From NCBI GenBank assembly GCA_963716565.1, contig OY970318.1:256830-320829 (forward strand): a stretch of 64,000 bases of DNA, given 5' to 3'. A model generated the notes under the pieces. It did no database searches. It had not been told where the DNA came from and saw only the letters and a list, made by a program, of their open reading frames with translations. This DNA is from an uncultured Candidatus Saccharibacteria bacterium (GTDB lineage: Bacteria > Patescibacteriota > Saccharimonadia > Saccharimonadales > CAIOMD01). The translations under genes were made by a program, and so were the position numbers. Positions 32,632 through 43,009 of the stretch are shown in pieces (position 1 is the stretch's first letter; each line of letters opens with the position of its first letter).

Positions 32632-33165
32632 TTATTCAGCTTTTGGAGCCTCAACCTTGGGGGCTGCAGCTTTGCCAGTATAGCTGTCACGAAGTTGGAA
32701 CAAGAAGTACCAACCAACAACAGTACCAATGATGGCGCCGATCAAATGGCCAGCTCCACCGTAGTCGGTAAAGAGTACAACCACTCCGTAAACCAAGTTT
32801 ACGATTGAGCCTAGGAACAAGAAGTTCCAACCAGCCTTCTTAACGGCCTTTAGGCCAGGGAAGGCGAGCAAGTACAACGCACCGCTAACTAGCAAGACAA
32901 TGAAGGCAATCCACATGCCGACACCCATAAAGTCTGTGTCAACGCCTAATGCTTTGTAATACGAGCTATAGTAGCTAAACAAGTCAGCTAACGGGGAATG
33001 TGCCCAATCCCATAACGCGTAAGCACCCCAGGCACAGCCAGCTGCGCCAAGAATTGCCAACCAAGGCAAATATTTAACTAACCAATCTTTTGCGTTCTTC
33101 GGCAACGCAGGAGCACCTTTGAATACTCCGGCTAATGCTTTTTCTAAACCTAGTAATGGACCCAT
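32632..33165 (-). CDS. integral membrane protein
   Basis: Start reassigned to ATG 33165 (MGPLLGLEK), which has an AAGGAGGA Shine-Dalgarno 8 nt upstream. Four hydrophobic helices. The track start at 33348 lacks any signal. Confidence 0.72.
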   Translation of the reverse strand: MGPLLGLEKALAGVFKGAPALPKNAKDWLVKYLPWLAILGAAGCAWGAYALWDWAHSPLADLFSYYSSYYKALGVDTDFMGVGMWIAFIVLLVSGALYLLAFPGLKAVKKAGWNFLFLGSIVNLVYGVVVLFTDYGGAGHLIGAIIGTVVGWYFLFQLRDSYTGKAAAPKVEAPKAE

Positions 33166-33313
33166 TTTTTCTAAATCCTCCTTATTTAAGAACTTATTAA
33201 ATAAATCATAAGCTGTTAGGCAAAACAATACAAGTAGGTATATTGACGCTCTCTTAAACGTACCCATAACCAGCCCGGTCATGATAGTATATTTACTAGC
33301 AATAAGGTGATAT

Positions 33314-34519
33314 ATGTTCAGCAAAAAGAGACCACGATCAACCAGCAATAACAGATTAGCCGATTTTAGCTACTTAAATTCTAGTGACATATATCTAGAT
33401 AGTGCTTGCCAAAGTTTGCGCCCACAACCCGTTATTGATGCCTTAAACAACTATTACACTACCTATAACTCTTGCGGCGACCGGGTAAAATACCAATGGG
33501 GCAAAAAAGTAGACAGTATACTAAGCGATACCCGCCTAGCAGTTTTAGACTTGCTCAAGCTATCTCCAAAGAATTACATCTGTTCTTTTACCCTAAATAC
33601 AACTTACGGGCTAAATTTAATATTGTCCCAACTACCCATAGGCTACAAGCAGGTAGTCACTAGCCAAATCGAACATAACTCGGTGTTTTTACCAACTATA
33701 GAACTGGCCAAAAGGCTAGAAATAAACCGACTAGTATTACCACGCGATAAAAATGGTTCCTTACAATACCGAAGTTCTGATTTAAAACAAGCTGTAGTGG
33801 TAGTTAATGTCGTATCTAACGTCGACGGACAGATTCTGGCTAATCTTAATCAGCTAATCAAAGACACGCACGAGCAAGACGGAATTGTAATTTTAGACGC
33901 CGCCCAGGCTTTAGCCCATCACCATGACTTATTAGCTAAAACCGAAGCCGATGCTATCTGTTTTTCGGCCCATAAAATGTATGCTCCAAGCTTGGGCGTA
34001 ATTGTTATCAAAAAAGAACTGCTCAAAAAATTAGATATAAAGTTTGTTGGTGGCGGCATGATTAGCTCGGTTGATAAACAGGAATATAAGCTGCTGCCAG
34101 ATGAGATGCACACTTGGCTGGAACCTGGTCTGCAAGCCTACGGTGAAATTGTAAGCCTAAATGCCGCCGTTAAGTGGCTTCAAAACATACGGCCTTTTGG
34201 CAAACAGCCAGCAGCTTTTATTAATAACTTATCTCAAAAACTTTACGATGGCTTAAAGGCTATTGATAGTATTGAAATATTAAACCAAAAACCATCGCCA
34301 ACGATTAGCTTCTACCCTAAAGAGGGCGATGCCCACCGTTTAGCTATCTTTTTATCATCGGCTGGTATCATGGCGCGTAGCGGTTCCTTTTGCTGTCATT
34401 ATTACATAAACGAAGTACTAAAATCGCCACCACTCTTAAGGCTATCCATTGGCCTTCATAACACCGAATCCGATATTCAAAAAGCCATTGAAGCGGTGGC
34501 AAAATTAACCAAGGCTTAA
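33314..34519 (+). CDS. class V aminotransferase / cysteine desulfurase family
   Basis: PLP-lysine motif FSAHKMY and C-terminal ARSGSFCC cysteine loop. Confidence 0.86.
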   Translation: MFSKKRPRSTSNNRLADFSYLNSSDIYLDSACQSLRPQPVIDALNNYYTTYNSCGDRVKYQWGKKVDSILSDTRLAVLDLLKLSPKNYICSFTLNTTYGLNLILSQLPIGYKQVVTSQIEHNSVFLPTIELAKRLEINRLVLPRDKNGSLQYRSSDLKQAVVVVNVVSNVDGQILANLNQLIKDTHEQDGIVILDAAQALAHHHDLLAKTEADAICFSAHKMYAPSLGVIVIKKELLKKLDIKFVGGGMISSVDKQEYKLLPDEMHTWLEPGLQAYGEIVSLNAAVKWLQNIRPFGKQPAAFINNLSQKLYDGLKAIDSIEILNQKPSPTISFYPKEGDAHRLAIFLSSAGIMARSGSFCCHYYINEVLKSPPLLRLSIGLHNTESDIQKAIEAVAKLTKA

Positions 34520-34520
34520 G

Positions 34521-35591
34521 ATGTTTTGTATTGCTGCCTTCATAGTTCTGGGCATAATTAGCATATTTTCGGCCAGTAAGCGTAAGCTGGCCAAAAAAGC
34601 CTGGAGCTGTACCTTACGCCGAGTCACTTTTAGACCGTGCGATACATCTTTTAAAGAAGAGGCCAAAAGCCATCTTTTAGCCCGCGTTGCTAACAAGACC
34701 CCTAGGCTGGTCAAGTTGGCAGATGTCGGTATAGAAATTGCTTCGTTCTTGCTAGTAATTCTTACCGTTTGGAGCTTGCTGATAGCAGTGAAGAGCGGGT
34801 TAGATTTATATGTCTGGGGCACCTGCCGGCCAGATAACGCTAATAGTTGTAGTCTAGGCTCCGAGGCCTGTTCCATCGACCAACAACGCAAAAGCCTTTG
34901 GACCTTAACTAAAGAAGGCAAGCCATACGTGTGGTTTGTGGATGAATTCAACAGTTGGGCAGATACGATCACCAACATTCCAACCCGCTTACAGACATGG
35001 GACGCAACTAATTACTTACCCCAAAATCCCAGCTATTATTATCAATACGATGAGTCTAAGCCAACAGCTTTAGAGGTGCTCGATCCTGGTTGTTCGGTCT
35101 GCGCCCAATTATTCAAAAACATCAAGCAGGCAGAGTTCGAAAACAACTACAACTTAACATACATCGTTTACCCTATAGCAGACGTTAAAAATCCGGGCCA
35201 AACTAAATTTAAAAATTCTCACCTGATAGCCCAATATATCGAAGCTATAAAACTACACCCCTTAGCTGTTGCCACACCAGTAGATTGGCAGATTATAGAA
35301 CGTATATTTACCGAAAAAGACGAGCAGGGTATTGACTACCAAATTAAATTCAACAACTTACTCAGCGAAGAAAACGCTAGATATGTCCTAAAATACTGGC
35401 TCGGCGAATTTGGCTACACCAACGAACAAATTGCTCAAATCGAAGCCGACACCAGCAGCGATGAAGTCCAACAAATCATTAGCAATAATATGGACATCGT
35501 TGAAAACCGTATAAAAACCGTAAAAATCCCCAGTATTATTTTTAATGGCGACCGCCAAGACGGGTTGGTAAACACCGACAAACTGCGCTAG
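34521..35591 (+). CDS. membrane-anchored thioredoxin-fold (DsbA-like) protein
   Basis: Two N-terminal TM helices with Cys clusters (CTLRRVTFRPC; CRPDNANSCSLGSEAC) and a CxxC active site, DPGCSVCAQLF, in the C-terminal domain. Confidence 0.68.
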   Translation: MFCIAAFIVLGIISIFSASKRKLAKKAWSCTLRRVTFRPCDTSFKEEAKSHLLARVANKTPRLVKLADVGIEIASFLLVILTVWSLLIAVKSGLDLYVWGTCRPDNANSCSLGSEACSIDQQRKSLWTLTKEGKPYVWFVDEFNSWADTITNIPTRLQTWDATNYLPQNPSYYYQYDESKPTALEVLDPGCSVCAQLFKNIKQAEFENNYNLTYIVYPIADVKNPGQTKFKNSHLIAQYIEAIKLHPLAVATPVDWQIIERIFTEKDEQGIDYQIKFNNLLSEENARYVLKYWLGEFGYTNEQIAQIEADTSSDEVQQIISNNMDIVENRIKTVKIPSIIFNGDRQDGLVNTDKLR

Positions 35592-35618
35592 TACGGCAAT
35601 TGTGCTAACATATAACAG

Positions 35619-36524
35619 ATGGCCCAAAACGTTATAGAACTAAAGAGTGTTACCAAAATGTACGGCAAAAGTCGCGGCGTGCTGGATGTTGACTTGCAAG
35701 TGCCCAAAGGCTCAATTTTTGGCTTTTTAGGCCCTAACGGAGCAGGCAAAACCACCACTATTAGCATGCTGATTGACCTAATCCATCCGTCAAAAGGTAG
35801 TATTAATATTTTTGGGCTGGATTCCCAAAAAGACAGTTACAAAATCCGCCAGCGGGTTGGTTTTTTGGGTGGCGACATGGTTTTAGATGAAGGCTTTACT
35901 GGCTGGCAAGAGCTAGAATATTATGGCTATCTACATAACCATTACGACCAAAAATATATTTCGGAACTAGCCACTAAACTAGACTGCGATTTAAACCGTA
36001 AAATCAAAACTCTGTCCCGCGGTAATCGCCAAAAAGTCGGCTTAATCTCGGCCCTGATGCATAAGCCAGATTTATTGATTTTAGACGAACCAACCAGCGG
36101 CTTAGACCCTTTAATTCAAGATCAGTTCAATCAAATCGTGCTAGATTACCGGCGCCAAGGCAAAACAATTTTTATATCGTCACACATCTTAAGCGAAGTA
36201 GAACAACTCTGCGACCGCGTAGCTTTTGTTAGGGAAGGCCGGCTAATAGCCGAAAAGCCCATAGAAGAATTTACCGTTGGCCTAGCCAAACATATCAAGA
36301 TAATCACCAAAGACAAGTCATTAATAAGCGCTATCAAAAAGTTTACCGGTGTCTCTAATCTAAGGGTTAACGCCCCCTTGGTAGGATTCCAATTTAACGG
36401 TGAAACCAACAAATTGATTAAGCTACTATCCAGCTACGACCTAGATGATTTAAACATCACACCACCCGATTTAGATACAATCTTTGGCCAGTTTTATCAT
36501 TCGGAGGTAAGCAATGCTAAATAA
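35619..36524 (+). CDS. ABC transporter ATP-binding protein
   Basis: GPNGAGKTT, LSRGNRQKV, LLILDEPTSGLD. Confidence 0.93.
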   Translation: MAQNVIELKSVTKMYGKSRGVLDVDLQVPKGSIFGFLGPNGAGKTTTISMLIDLIHPSKGSINIFGLDSQKDSYKIRQRVGFLGGDMVLDEGFTGWQELEYYGYLHNHYDQKYISELATKLDCDLNRKIKTLSRGNRQKVGLISALMHKPDLLILDEPTSGLDPLIQDQFNQIVLDYRRQGKTIFISSHILSEVEQLCDRVAFVREGRLIAEKPIEEFTVGLAKHIKIITKDKSLISAIKKFTGVSNLRVNAPLVGFQFNGETNKLIKLLSSYDLDDLNITPPDLDTIFGQFYHSEVSNAK

Positions 36525-37305
36525 CATCCTCAAAAAAACCTTATACGAAAAGCGCTGGATGGCTATTGGTTGGAGCATTGCGGCTTTTCTATTCACTATC
36601 TTCATAGTATTAGTATTCCCAGTTTTTCGGGATACTCTGGGTGAGACCTTAAAAAATGTGCCCGATTCGCTCAAAAGTTTTATGGGTGATGCCCAAACTT
36701 TTCAGAACTTAAACGCCTACATAGACGTACAGGTAATTTACCAAATGGTATTTATGCCAGTAGTGATGGCCATAATTTTGTGCACCGGCTTAATTGCCGG
36801 CAAAGAAGAGCAGGGGCTTTTACAGTCACTATTTGCCCAACCGGTAAAGCGTGGCCGAGCTTACGCTGATATGTTGTTGGCTAGCTGGTTAATGTTTGTT
36901 GTTGTATCCGCTGGTATCTTTTTGGCGGCCCTTATCGGAGCCTTAATAATTGGTGAACCAATTGATATATTTGGCCTATTCCAGGCCTGTGTTGCAACTT
37001 GGCTGTTAACTGCACTAATCGGCGCCTTTAGCTTAGCTCTGGGGGCCATTACGGCCAAAAGGGGCTTTAGCGGTATGCTAACTGGCATCTTTGTATTCTT
37101 GATGTATATCGTTACGGCGCTAGCGCCATCGGTTCATTTGTTAAAATACCCAAACTATTTATCGCCGTTTAAGTACTTCAACAGCCCCAGTGTTATATTG
37201 AACGGATTAAGATGGCCTAATATTGTGGTGCTGATAACGGCAACACTTGTCTTTAGCACTATTGGCTATTTTGTTTTTACTAGGCGCGACATCTACCAAA
37301 AATAA
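36514..37305 (+). CDS. ABC-2 type transporter permease
   Basis: Six hydrophobic helices. 11-nt overlap with the ATPase gene. Confidence 0.8.
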   Translation: MLNNILKKTLYEKRWMAIGWSIAAFLFTIFIVLVFPVFRDTLGETLKNVPDSLKSFMGDAQTFQNLNAYIDVQVIYQMVFMPVVMAIILCTGLIAGKEEQGLLQSLFAQPVKRGRAYADMLLASWLMFVVVSAGIFLAALIGALIIGEPIDIFGLFQACVATWLLTALIGAFSLALGAITAKRGFSGMLTGIFVFLMYIVTALAPSVHLLKYPNYLSPFKYFNSPSVILNGLRWPNIVVLITATLVFSTIGYFVFTRRDIYQK

Positions 37306-37315
37306 ATATTTTTTA

Positions 37316-39673
37316 TTACTTCTTGGATAACCTACGGCCAATAATAAGTAGCCCTACTGGTACCAATCCTAGCAGGTAGTACCAAGCCGAGAGGCCGGTG
37401 TTGGGGAGCAGGGCATTGCCATTCAGATCAACTGTTGCACTACGCAATAGGGGGTCTGACTGATTACCATAGATATCGTAGGCCAGTACTTCTATGTCGG
37501 AGTGGTAAAGACTCGTGTCCCATGGGCATCGATATACACCGTTTTCATCTGGCGTATCAACGGTGCAAAGCAAAATACCATCTACATAAAATTCTACTTT
37601 TTCGGTGCTAATATTATCTTCAGCTGCGACTTCAATAATATAGGGGTTAGTAGTAATAATCTGCCCATCAATTATATTAATTGGTTGCCCATCGCTAGAA
37701 AGATAACTAAATACCGGGGGAATATCATCTAGGATTCCAGCTATAGAGCCCCGATAGCTGACACCTATCAATCTGGCACCATCACTAGACGAATCCAACC
37801 CTTGCCAGACTTTTGTACCACCGTCGGCATTTTCTTCCCAGCTTTGACCAAAATCATTTGATGAGTAAAGATAGCCAAATAGATTGTTGGCCATGCCTTC
37901 AGCCGCTGCAAGCTTACGTCCATTAGAGGAAGAGTTGACAGCTCCCCACATTTTTTGGCCCAATTCTGTAACCGGCGCCCAGCTTTCTCCGTAATCATCA
38001 GACAAATAAATATAGTCGTCTCTAGCGGCAGCAATCATACGTCTACAATCATGAGAGCAATCTACCGAACTCCAATCCCGATAGCCAGCATCTTCTTTAA
38101 TAACCCAGGTAGCTCCATAATCATCCGAAGTATATATGTTCCTATTAACCGCCACTAATCTATTACCACTATCAGACGCGGCAATAGAATACCAATCTCC
38201 GCTTAACTCTACAAGATCACTAGGCTCCTCTGGGCCGCTTTCTGGCTCTTCGTAATAACCCGGGGCCCATGTCTGGCCAGAATCTACCGACGCATAAATA
38301 TAGCCACTTAAGGTAGCAGCGAACAATTTTGTACCATCATTTGAAGAGGCAACGGCGTTCCACCGTCTTTCGTCAAGATCTGTCTTTTGCACCCACGTAA
38401 CACCAGAATCGGTCGAAATATAGACATAACTATAGTCAGCAGCAGCAATCAATTTTGTACCATCAGCGGAAGATGCAATGCTTTTCCATTCTCGTTTACC
38501 GGCATCAGTTCTAGCTGTCCAGGTTTTACCGTAATCGGAAGACGTATAAATATATCCCCAACGCCCGGTTATAGCTAACTTCGAACCACTATCCGATGAA
38601 GCAATACTTGTCCAGTTGCCTCTAGGCATCGCATCAAATTTTTCTATCCATGTTTCACCATAATCAGTTGATATAGAAAAATACCCGACTTCATCTCCAA
38701 GCAATAACATACTGCCATCAGCTGAAGAGGCTAAATATCGACCCCAACCTTCATCAATGCGAGTTTCAACAGCCCAATTTGCGCCGCCGTTTGTCGATCT
38801 ATATAGGTATCCATCGTCACCATAAGGGCTTACTGCAAATAAATTTGTGCCATCATCAGAATAAACCAGAGAGTCCCAGCTTCTTAGGCCCGTGTTAGTT
38901 CTTTCCGCCCAATTTGCGCCGCCGTCAGCAGAAGTATAAAGATAATTACCATTGTAATGGTTCGGCGCGGCAGCAATCTTGTTACCATCAGACGATATCG
39001 TCAAGAGATTCCACCATTTTTGTCCAGCGCCCACAAGTGTTGTACGAGAAGCCCCCCAATCTGTCGATACGTATAACGATCCGCCATTCGGGTTGCCAGT
39101 CTGCGCCATTAGTAACTTAGAGCCATCCGGAGTTGTGGCCAAGGCCCTCCACAAGTTCCAGCCGTAAGAATTGCGCGTGATCCAACTAGCCCCTGAGTCG
39201 GAAGTAGTATATAGGTATCCATTGTCGGCAATGGCTGCCATTTTTGTTCCATCGTCTGTAATAACCACATCTTGCCAACTCCCTGAACCTAAAATTGTAT
39301 GTTCGGTCCAAGTAATCCCATAATCGTCAGAGCTATAGACATAGTTATTCCCCCATCTATTTATTACAATCAATCTGCTACCATCAGAAGAAGTTTTAAT
39401 CTTTCTCCACTGTCCAGTTCCCGCCGAAGAAAGTTCTGTCCAAGTATTACCAGAGTCATTCGAAGCATACATATAACCACCATAATCAGCTGCATAAAGT
39501 TTAGTCCCATCGTTAGACACTGCCACAGAGTGCCAATATAGTGGGCCGCCAATTTGCTTCTCAGTCCAAACACCGGGGCTCACTGCGGATACGTTTGACA
39601 CAAACAAAGAAGAAGCGAAGCCAGCAGCAACAACTACTGCTAAAAATAATTTTAGTAAGCACGCCTTCTTCAT
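37316..39673 (-). CDS. LPNTG-anchored surface protein with ~13 BNR/Asp-box (SxDxGxTW) repeats
   Basis: Signal peptide MKKACLLKLFLAVVVAAG, with GGAGG Shine-Dalgarno 5 nt before ATG 39673. Repeats include SNDSGNTW, SDDYGITW, TSDSGASW, SADGGANW, STDYGETW, SSDYGKTW and others. C-terminal Ig-like module, LPNTG, TM helix and RRLSKK tail. Confidence 0.9.
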   Translation of the reverse strand: MKKACLLKLFLAVVVAAGFASSLFVSNVSAVSPGVWTEKQIGGPLYWHSVAVSNDGTKLYAADYGGYMYASNDSGNTWTELSSAGTGQWRKIKTSSDGSRLIVINRWGNNYVYSSDDYGITWTEHTILGSGSWQDVVITDDGTKMAAIADNGYLYTTSDSGASWITRNSYGWNLWRALATTPDGSKLLMAQTGNPNGGSLYVSTDWGASRTTLVGAGQKWWNLLTISSDGNKIAAAPNHYNGNYLYTSADGGANWAERTNTGLRSWDSLVYSDDGTNLFAVSPYGDDGYLYRSTNGGANWAVETRIDEGWGRYLASSADGSMLLLGDEVGYFSISTDYGETWIEKFDAMPRGNWTSIASSDSGSKLAITGRWGYIYTSSDYGKTWTARTDAGKREWKSIASSADGTKLIAAADYSYVYISTDSGVTWVQKTDLDERRWNAVASSNDGTKLFAATLSGYIYASVDSGQTWAPGYYEEPESGPEEPSDLVELSGDWYSIAASDSGNRLVAVNRNIYTSDDYGATWVIKEDAGYRDWSSVDCSHDCRRMIAAARDDYIYLSDDYGESWAPVTELGQKMWGAVNSSSNGRKLAAAEGMANNLFGYLYSSNDFGQSWEENADGGTKVWQGLDSSSDGARLIGVSYRGSIAGILDDIPPVFSYLSSDGQPINIIDGQIITTNPYIIEVAAEDNISTEKVEFYVDGILLCTVDTPDENGVYRCPWDTSLYHSDIEVLAYDIYGNQSDPLLRSATVDLNGNALLPNTGLSAWYYLLGLVPVGLLIIGRRLSKK

Positions 39674-39687
39674 ACTACCTCCGCTGT

Positions 39688-42600
39688 TTATAAACTCTTT
39701 TTGTACCAAATTCTTCTATATGCTACCGACCCGATAGCCGGTGTTAGCCCTAGCAGGTAATACCAAGCTGAGAGACCGGTGTTGGGCAAGCTACCTATGT
39801 TGACGTTAACAGTACGGTTTAGGGCAATAGAACGGTTGCCGGAGTCGTCGTAAGCCAGTACCTGAATATCAGAGTGATAGAGGCTGGTATCCCAGGCGCA
39901 GGTGTATACACCATTCACATCGGCGGTGTAATCAGTGCAGATTAGGACGCCATCAACATAAAATTCGACTCGTTCTATGGCATAATCATCCGCTGGCTTG
40001 ACGGCAATAATGTAGGGGTTGGTAGTAATAGTTTGGCCATCGGTTAAGTTAATTGACACGTTAAGGCCAGGCAAGTTAGAGAATGTTGGCGGGGTATCAT
40101 CTGGCAGGCTGTAAGCCCATAGCTCATCACCATGTACGCCATCATCGCCTATAAAGTACAAAGTGTCACCAACTGCCACCGACTCTTCCTCTGAACTGTA
40201 GCCACTACCACCGTCATATATATCTTTGACCATCACCGTTCCATCAGTGGTGCCGTCGGACTTCCAGAGCTCGGCACCGTTGGTGCCATCGCTGGCCTGG
40301 AAGAATAGGACGCCGCTGACGTCAGTTAGATTGTACGGGTAAGAACTTCCGTAAGGATTGATGTCTTTCACCATTACCGTACCAAGCTCGGTGCCGTCGG
40401 ACTTCCAGAGTTCATAACCATAATCGCCGTCATCAGCCTCTAAGAAAAGGGTACCGTTGACGTTGGTTAGATAATAGGGGTCGATGCCATCTTTGATTAG
40501 TTCCGCACCATCATCACCATAATCAACCTTCCACAGGCCGTAAGTGCCATCGTCGTCATCGGCATAAAAGAAAAGGGTACCGTTGACGTTGGTTAGATAA
40601 TCAAGATAATAAGAAGTCATGACTTCTACCGTACCTGCAGTGGTGCCGTCGGACTTCCAAAGTTGATCGCTTGATAAATCACTGTTGTAAGCACGAAAAT
40701 ACAAAGTGCCATTGACGTTGGTTAGCTCTGTCGGATACATGATGTCTTCTTTGACTGGTACCGTACCACCATAGGTGCCGTCGGACTTCCACAGGCCGTA
40801 AGTGCCATCGTCGTCATCGGCATAAAAGTACAACGTGCCATCAGCGTTGGTCAGGTTATCGAGATAGGCATATCCACCATAGATGTCATCCTTGACTAGT
40901 ACCGTACCTGCAGTGGTGCCGTCGGACTTCCACAGCTCCTCGCCATACTCACCATCGGCGGTAAAATACAGGGTGCCATTAACGTCGGTAAGACTCCCCG
41001 AGTGGCTATCTTTAATAGCCTCTGTACCCTCGGCTGTACCATCGGACTTCCAGAGTATATTGTCGTCAATGTCAGCATCGTAAGCAGTGAAATATGCAAT
41101 GCCACCCGCTGCAACCATGGATATGCCATCACCGTAAGGATCTAGGCCGCCACTACCTGGGTTAGTGTCTTTAACCAGCACCGTTCCGGCATCTGTACCA
41201 TCGGACTTCCAGAGTTCCTCGCCATGCGTACGATCAGTTGCAAAGAAATACAAAGTGGCGCCAGCATTAACTAGGTGGTTCGGCTCCGTCGGCTCACTGT
41301 CTATACACACCACGGTAAGCATCGCTGTACCTTCGGCCGTACCGTCACTCTTCCAAAGTGTATATTCGCTACCACTACCGTCGTCTAAAGTAGTAAAGAA
41401 TAACACACCGCTTACATCTGTAAAGTTATAGCTCCAGCCGTCTGGAGGCGATTCGTATTCATTCATACTGTCAACCAACACCGTGCCCCCCATGGTACCG
41501 TCGGACTTCCAAAGCTCATAATCGTAAGTTGCACCATAAGCCGAAAAGTATAATACGCCATTTACATTAGTTAGGTTTGCCGGTGAAGAACTATTCACTG
41601 CCATACCCGCTGGCGATACCATTACATCTTCGACCTCGTGAGAGCCCGGATACACATCTTTAAGCACGTCTGCATCTTCAGCTATACCGTCATATACCCA
41701 GAGTTCTGCGCCATTTATGCCATCATTAGCAGAAAAATAAAGCAAGTCATCTATTACAGTTAGCTCTGCCGGATTAGACCCTTCGGCTAAATTGATATCC
41801 GCAGCTATCTCTGTATTTTCGGCCGTACCGTCAGACTTCCAAAGCTCACGGCCAAGACCATCATCTGCAGTAAAGAACAAAGTGCCGTTAAAATTGGTGA
41901 GATCACTTGGAGAAGAGCTAGAACTGGTATTAATATCCATGACCATCTGTGCGGTAGTACCGTTAGACTTCCAAAGCTCAATACCGTTTTCGTCGTCATC
42001 TGCAGTAAAGAACAAAGTGCCATTAACGTTGGTAAAATTATTTAGGCTATTCCCATCGAATATGTCCCCTACCAGCACTGTGCCTTCAGCCGTACCATTA
42101 GACTTCCAAAGCTGCCTGGATCCGGTACTGGCATAGGCACCAAAGAACAAGGTGCCATTAACATCTGTCAGGTTGTTCGGATTTGAGTTGTTGGGGTCAC
42201 CATTGGCAGTGGGCGATATCGTTTCGGGTATAAACTGCACACCAGGGAATATGTCTTTAACCATTACCGTGCCTTCAGCCGTACCATTAGACTTCCAAAG
42301 TTCATTACCATTGACTCCATCATTGGCCGCAAAATACAAAGTGCCATTTACATTAGTCAAATTGCTAGGGCTAGAGCCAAATGGGTACCCCAATTCGGCC
42401 GACGAAACCATCCCCGGCTCAGGAGAATAATCTTCGTCTACACCAGGGAATATGTCTTTAACCATTACCGTGCCTTCAGCCGTACCATTAGACTTCCAAA
42501 GTTCTGTACCGCCTATGCCATCGGCCGCCGAAAAATATAGGATTCCATTAACTTCAGTAAAATAACTAGGGTTGGAGCTATTTGGATCACCGTAAGACGC

Positions 42601-42903
42601 CGTCGACATCGTCGGTCCATAATACGTATAAATGCCTGGATATATATCCATGAACATTGCCGTGCCCTCGGCGGTGCCGTCAGACTTCCAAAGCTCTGTA
42701 CCGTGCACTTCATCGTAGGCCGAAAAATACAAAGCACCATTATAGCTAAACAAATTGGCTGGGCTACTCCCGCCAACGCAGTCACCCCAAATGTCTTTTA
42801 CTATATATGGGTCGGGGTTTGGCGCCGCGTTAGCACTAAAAGGCAACAGGGCCGAACAAACCAACCCGCAAATCATGGCTATAGCTACAAATAATTTTTT
42901 CAT
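39688..42903 (-). CDS. LPNTG-anchored surface protein with ~17 ELWxxDGT repeats
   Basis: Signal peptide. Repeated G(T/N)ELWKS(D/N)GTAEGT(V/A)MVKDI units. Same C-terminal Ig-like + LPNTG + TM + basic tail module. Confidence 0.9.
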   Translation of the reverse strand: MKKLFVAIAMICGLVCSALLPFSANAAPNPDPYIVKDIWGDCVGGSSPANLFSYNGALYFSAYDEVHGTELWKSDGTAEGTAMFMDIYPGIYTYYGPTMSTASYGDPNSSNPSYFTEVNGILYFSAADGIGGTELWKSNGTAEGTVMVKDIFPGVDEDYSPEPGMVSSAELGYPFGSSPSNLTNVNGTLYFAANDGVNGNELWKSNGTAEGTVMVKDIFPGVQFIPETISPTANGDPNNSNPNNLTDVNGTLFFGAYASTGSRQLWKSNGTAEGTVLVGDIFDGNSLNNFTNVNGTLFFTADDDENGIELWKSNGTTAQMVMDINTSSSSSPSDLTNFNGTLFFTADDGLGRELWKSDGTAENTEIAADINLAEGSNPAELTVIDDLLYFSANDGINGAELWVYDGIAEDADVLKDVYPGSHEVEDVMVSPAGMAVNSSSPANLTNVNGVLYFSAYGATYDYELWKSDGTMGGTVLVDSMNEYESPPDGWSYNFTDVSGVLFFTTLDDGSGSEYTLWKSDGTAEGTAMLTVVCIDSEPTEPNHLVNAGATLYFFATDRTHGEELWKSDGTDAGTVLVKDTNPGSGGLDPYGDGISMVAAGGIAYFTAYDADIDDNILWKSDGTAEGTEAIKDSHSGSLTDVNGTLYFTADGEYGEELWKSDGTTAGTVLVKDDIYGGYAYLDNLTNADGTLYFYADDDDGTYGLWKSDGTYGGTVPVKEDIMYPTELTNVNGTLYFRAYNSDLSSDQLWKSDGTTAGTVEVMTSYYLDYLTNVNGTLFFYADDDDGTYGLWKVDYGDDGAELIKDGIDPYYLTNVNGTLFLEADDGDYGYELWKSDGTELGTVMVKDINPYGSSYPYNLTDVSGVLFFQASDGTNGAELWKSDGTTDGTVMVKDIYDGGSGYSSEEESVAVGDTLYFIGDDGVHGDELWAYSLPDDTPPTFSNLPGLNVSINLTDGQTITTNPYIIAVKPADDYAIERVEFYVDGVLICTDYTADVNGVYTCAWDTSLYHSDIQVLAYDDSGNRSIALNRTVNVNIGSLPNTGLSAWYYLLGLTPAIGSVAYRRIWYKKSL

Positions 42904-43009
42904 TTACCCTCCATTAATGCACTAAAATCCCTAGTTATCCAAAATTATACAGGTAATGCTAAGGGTTGTATATAACCCTTACGTTTAAGACAAGAAAACG
43001 ATAGTTGTT

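Noticed and set aside
34505-34978. 157-aa minus-strand ORF
   Set aside because: Antisense to the CxxC membrane protein gene, which has better motif support.
39688-42903. Periodic repeats as a CRISPR array
   Set aside because: The repeats are in-frame protein repeats (ELWxxDGT) within one long ORF that has a signal peptide and an anchor. There is no spacer-repeat architecture.
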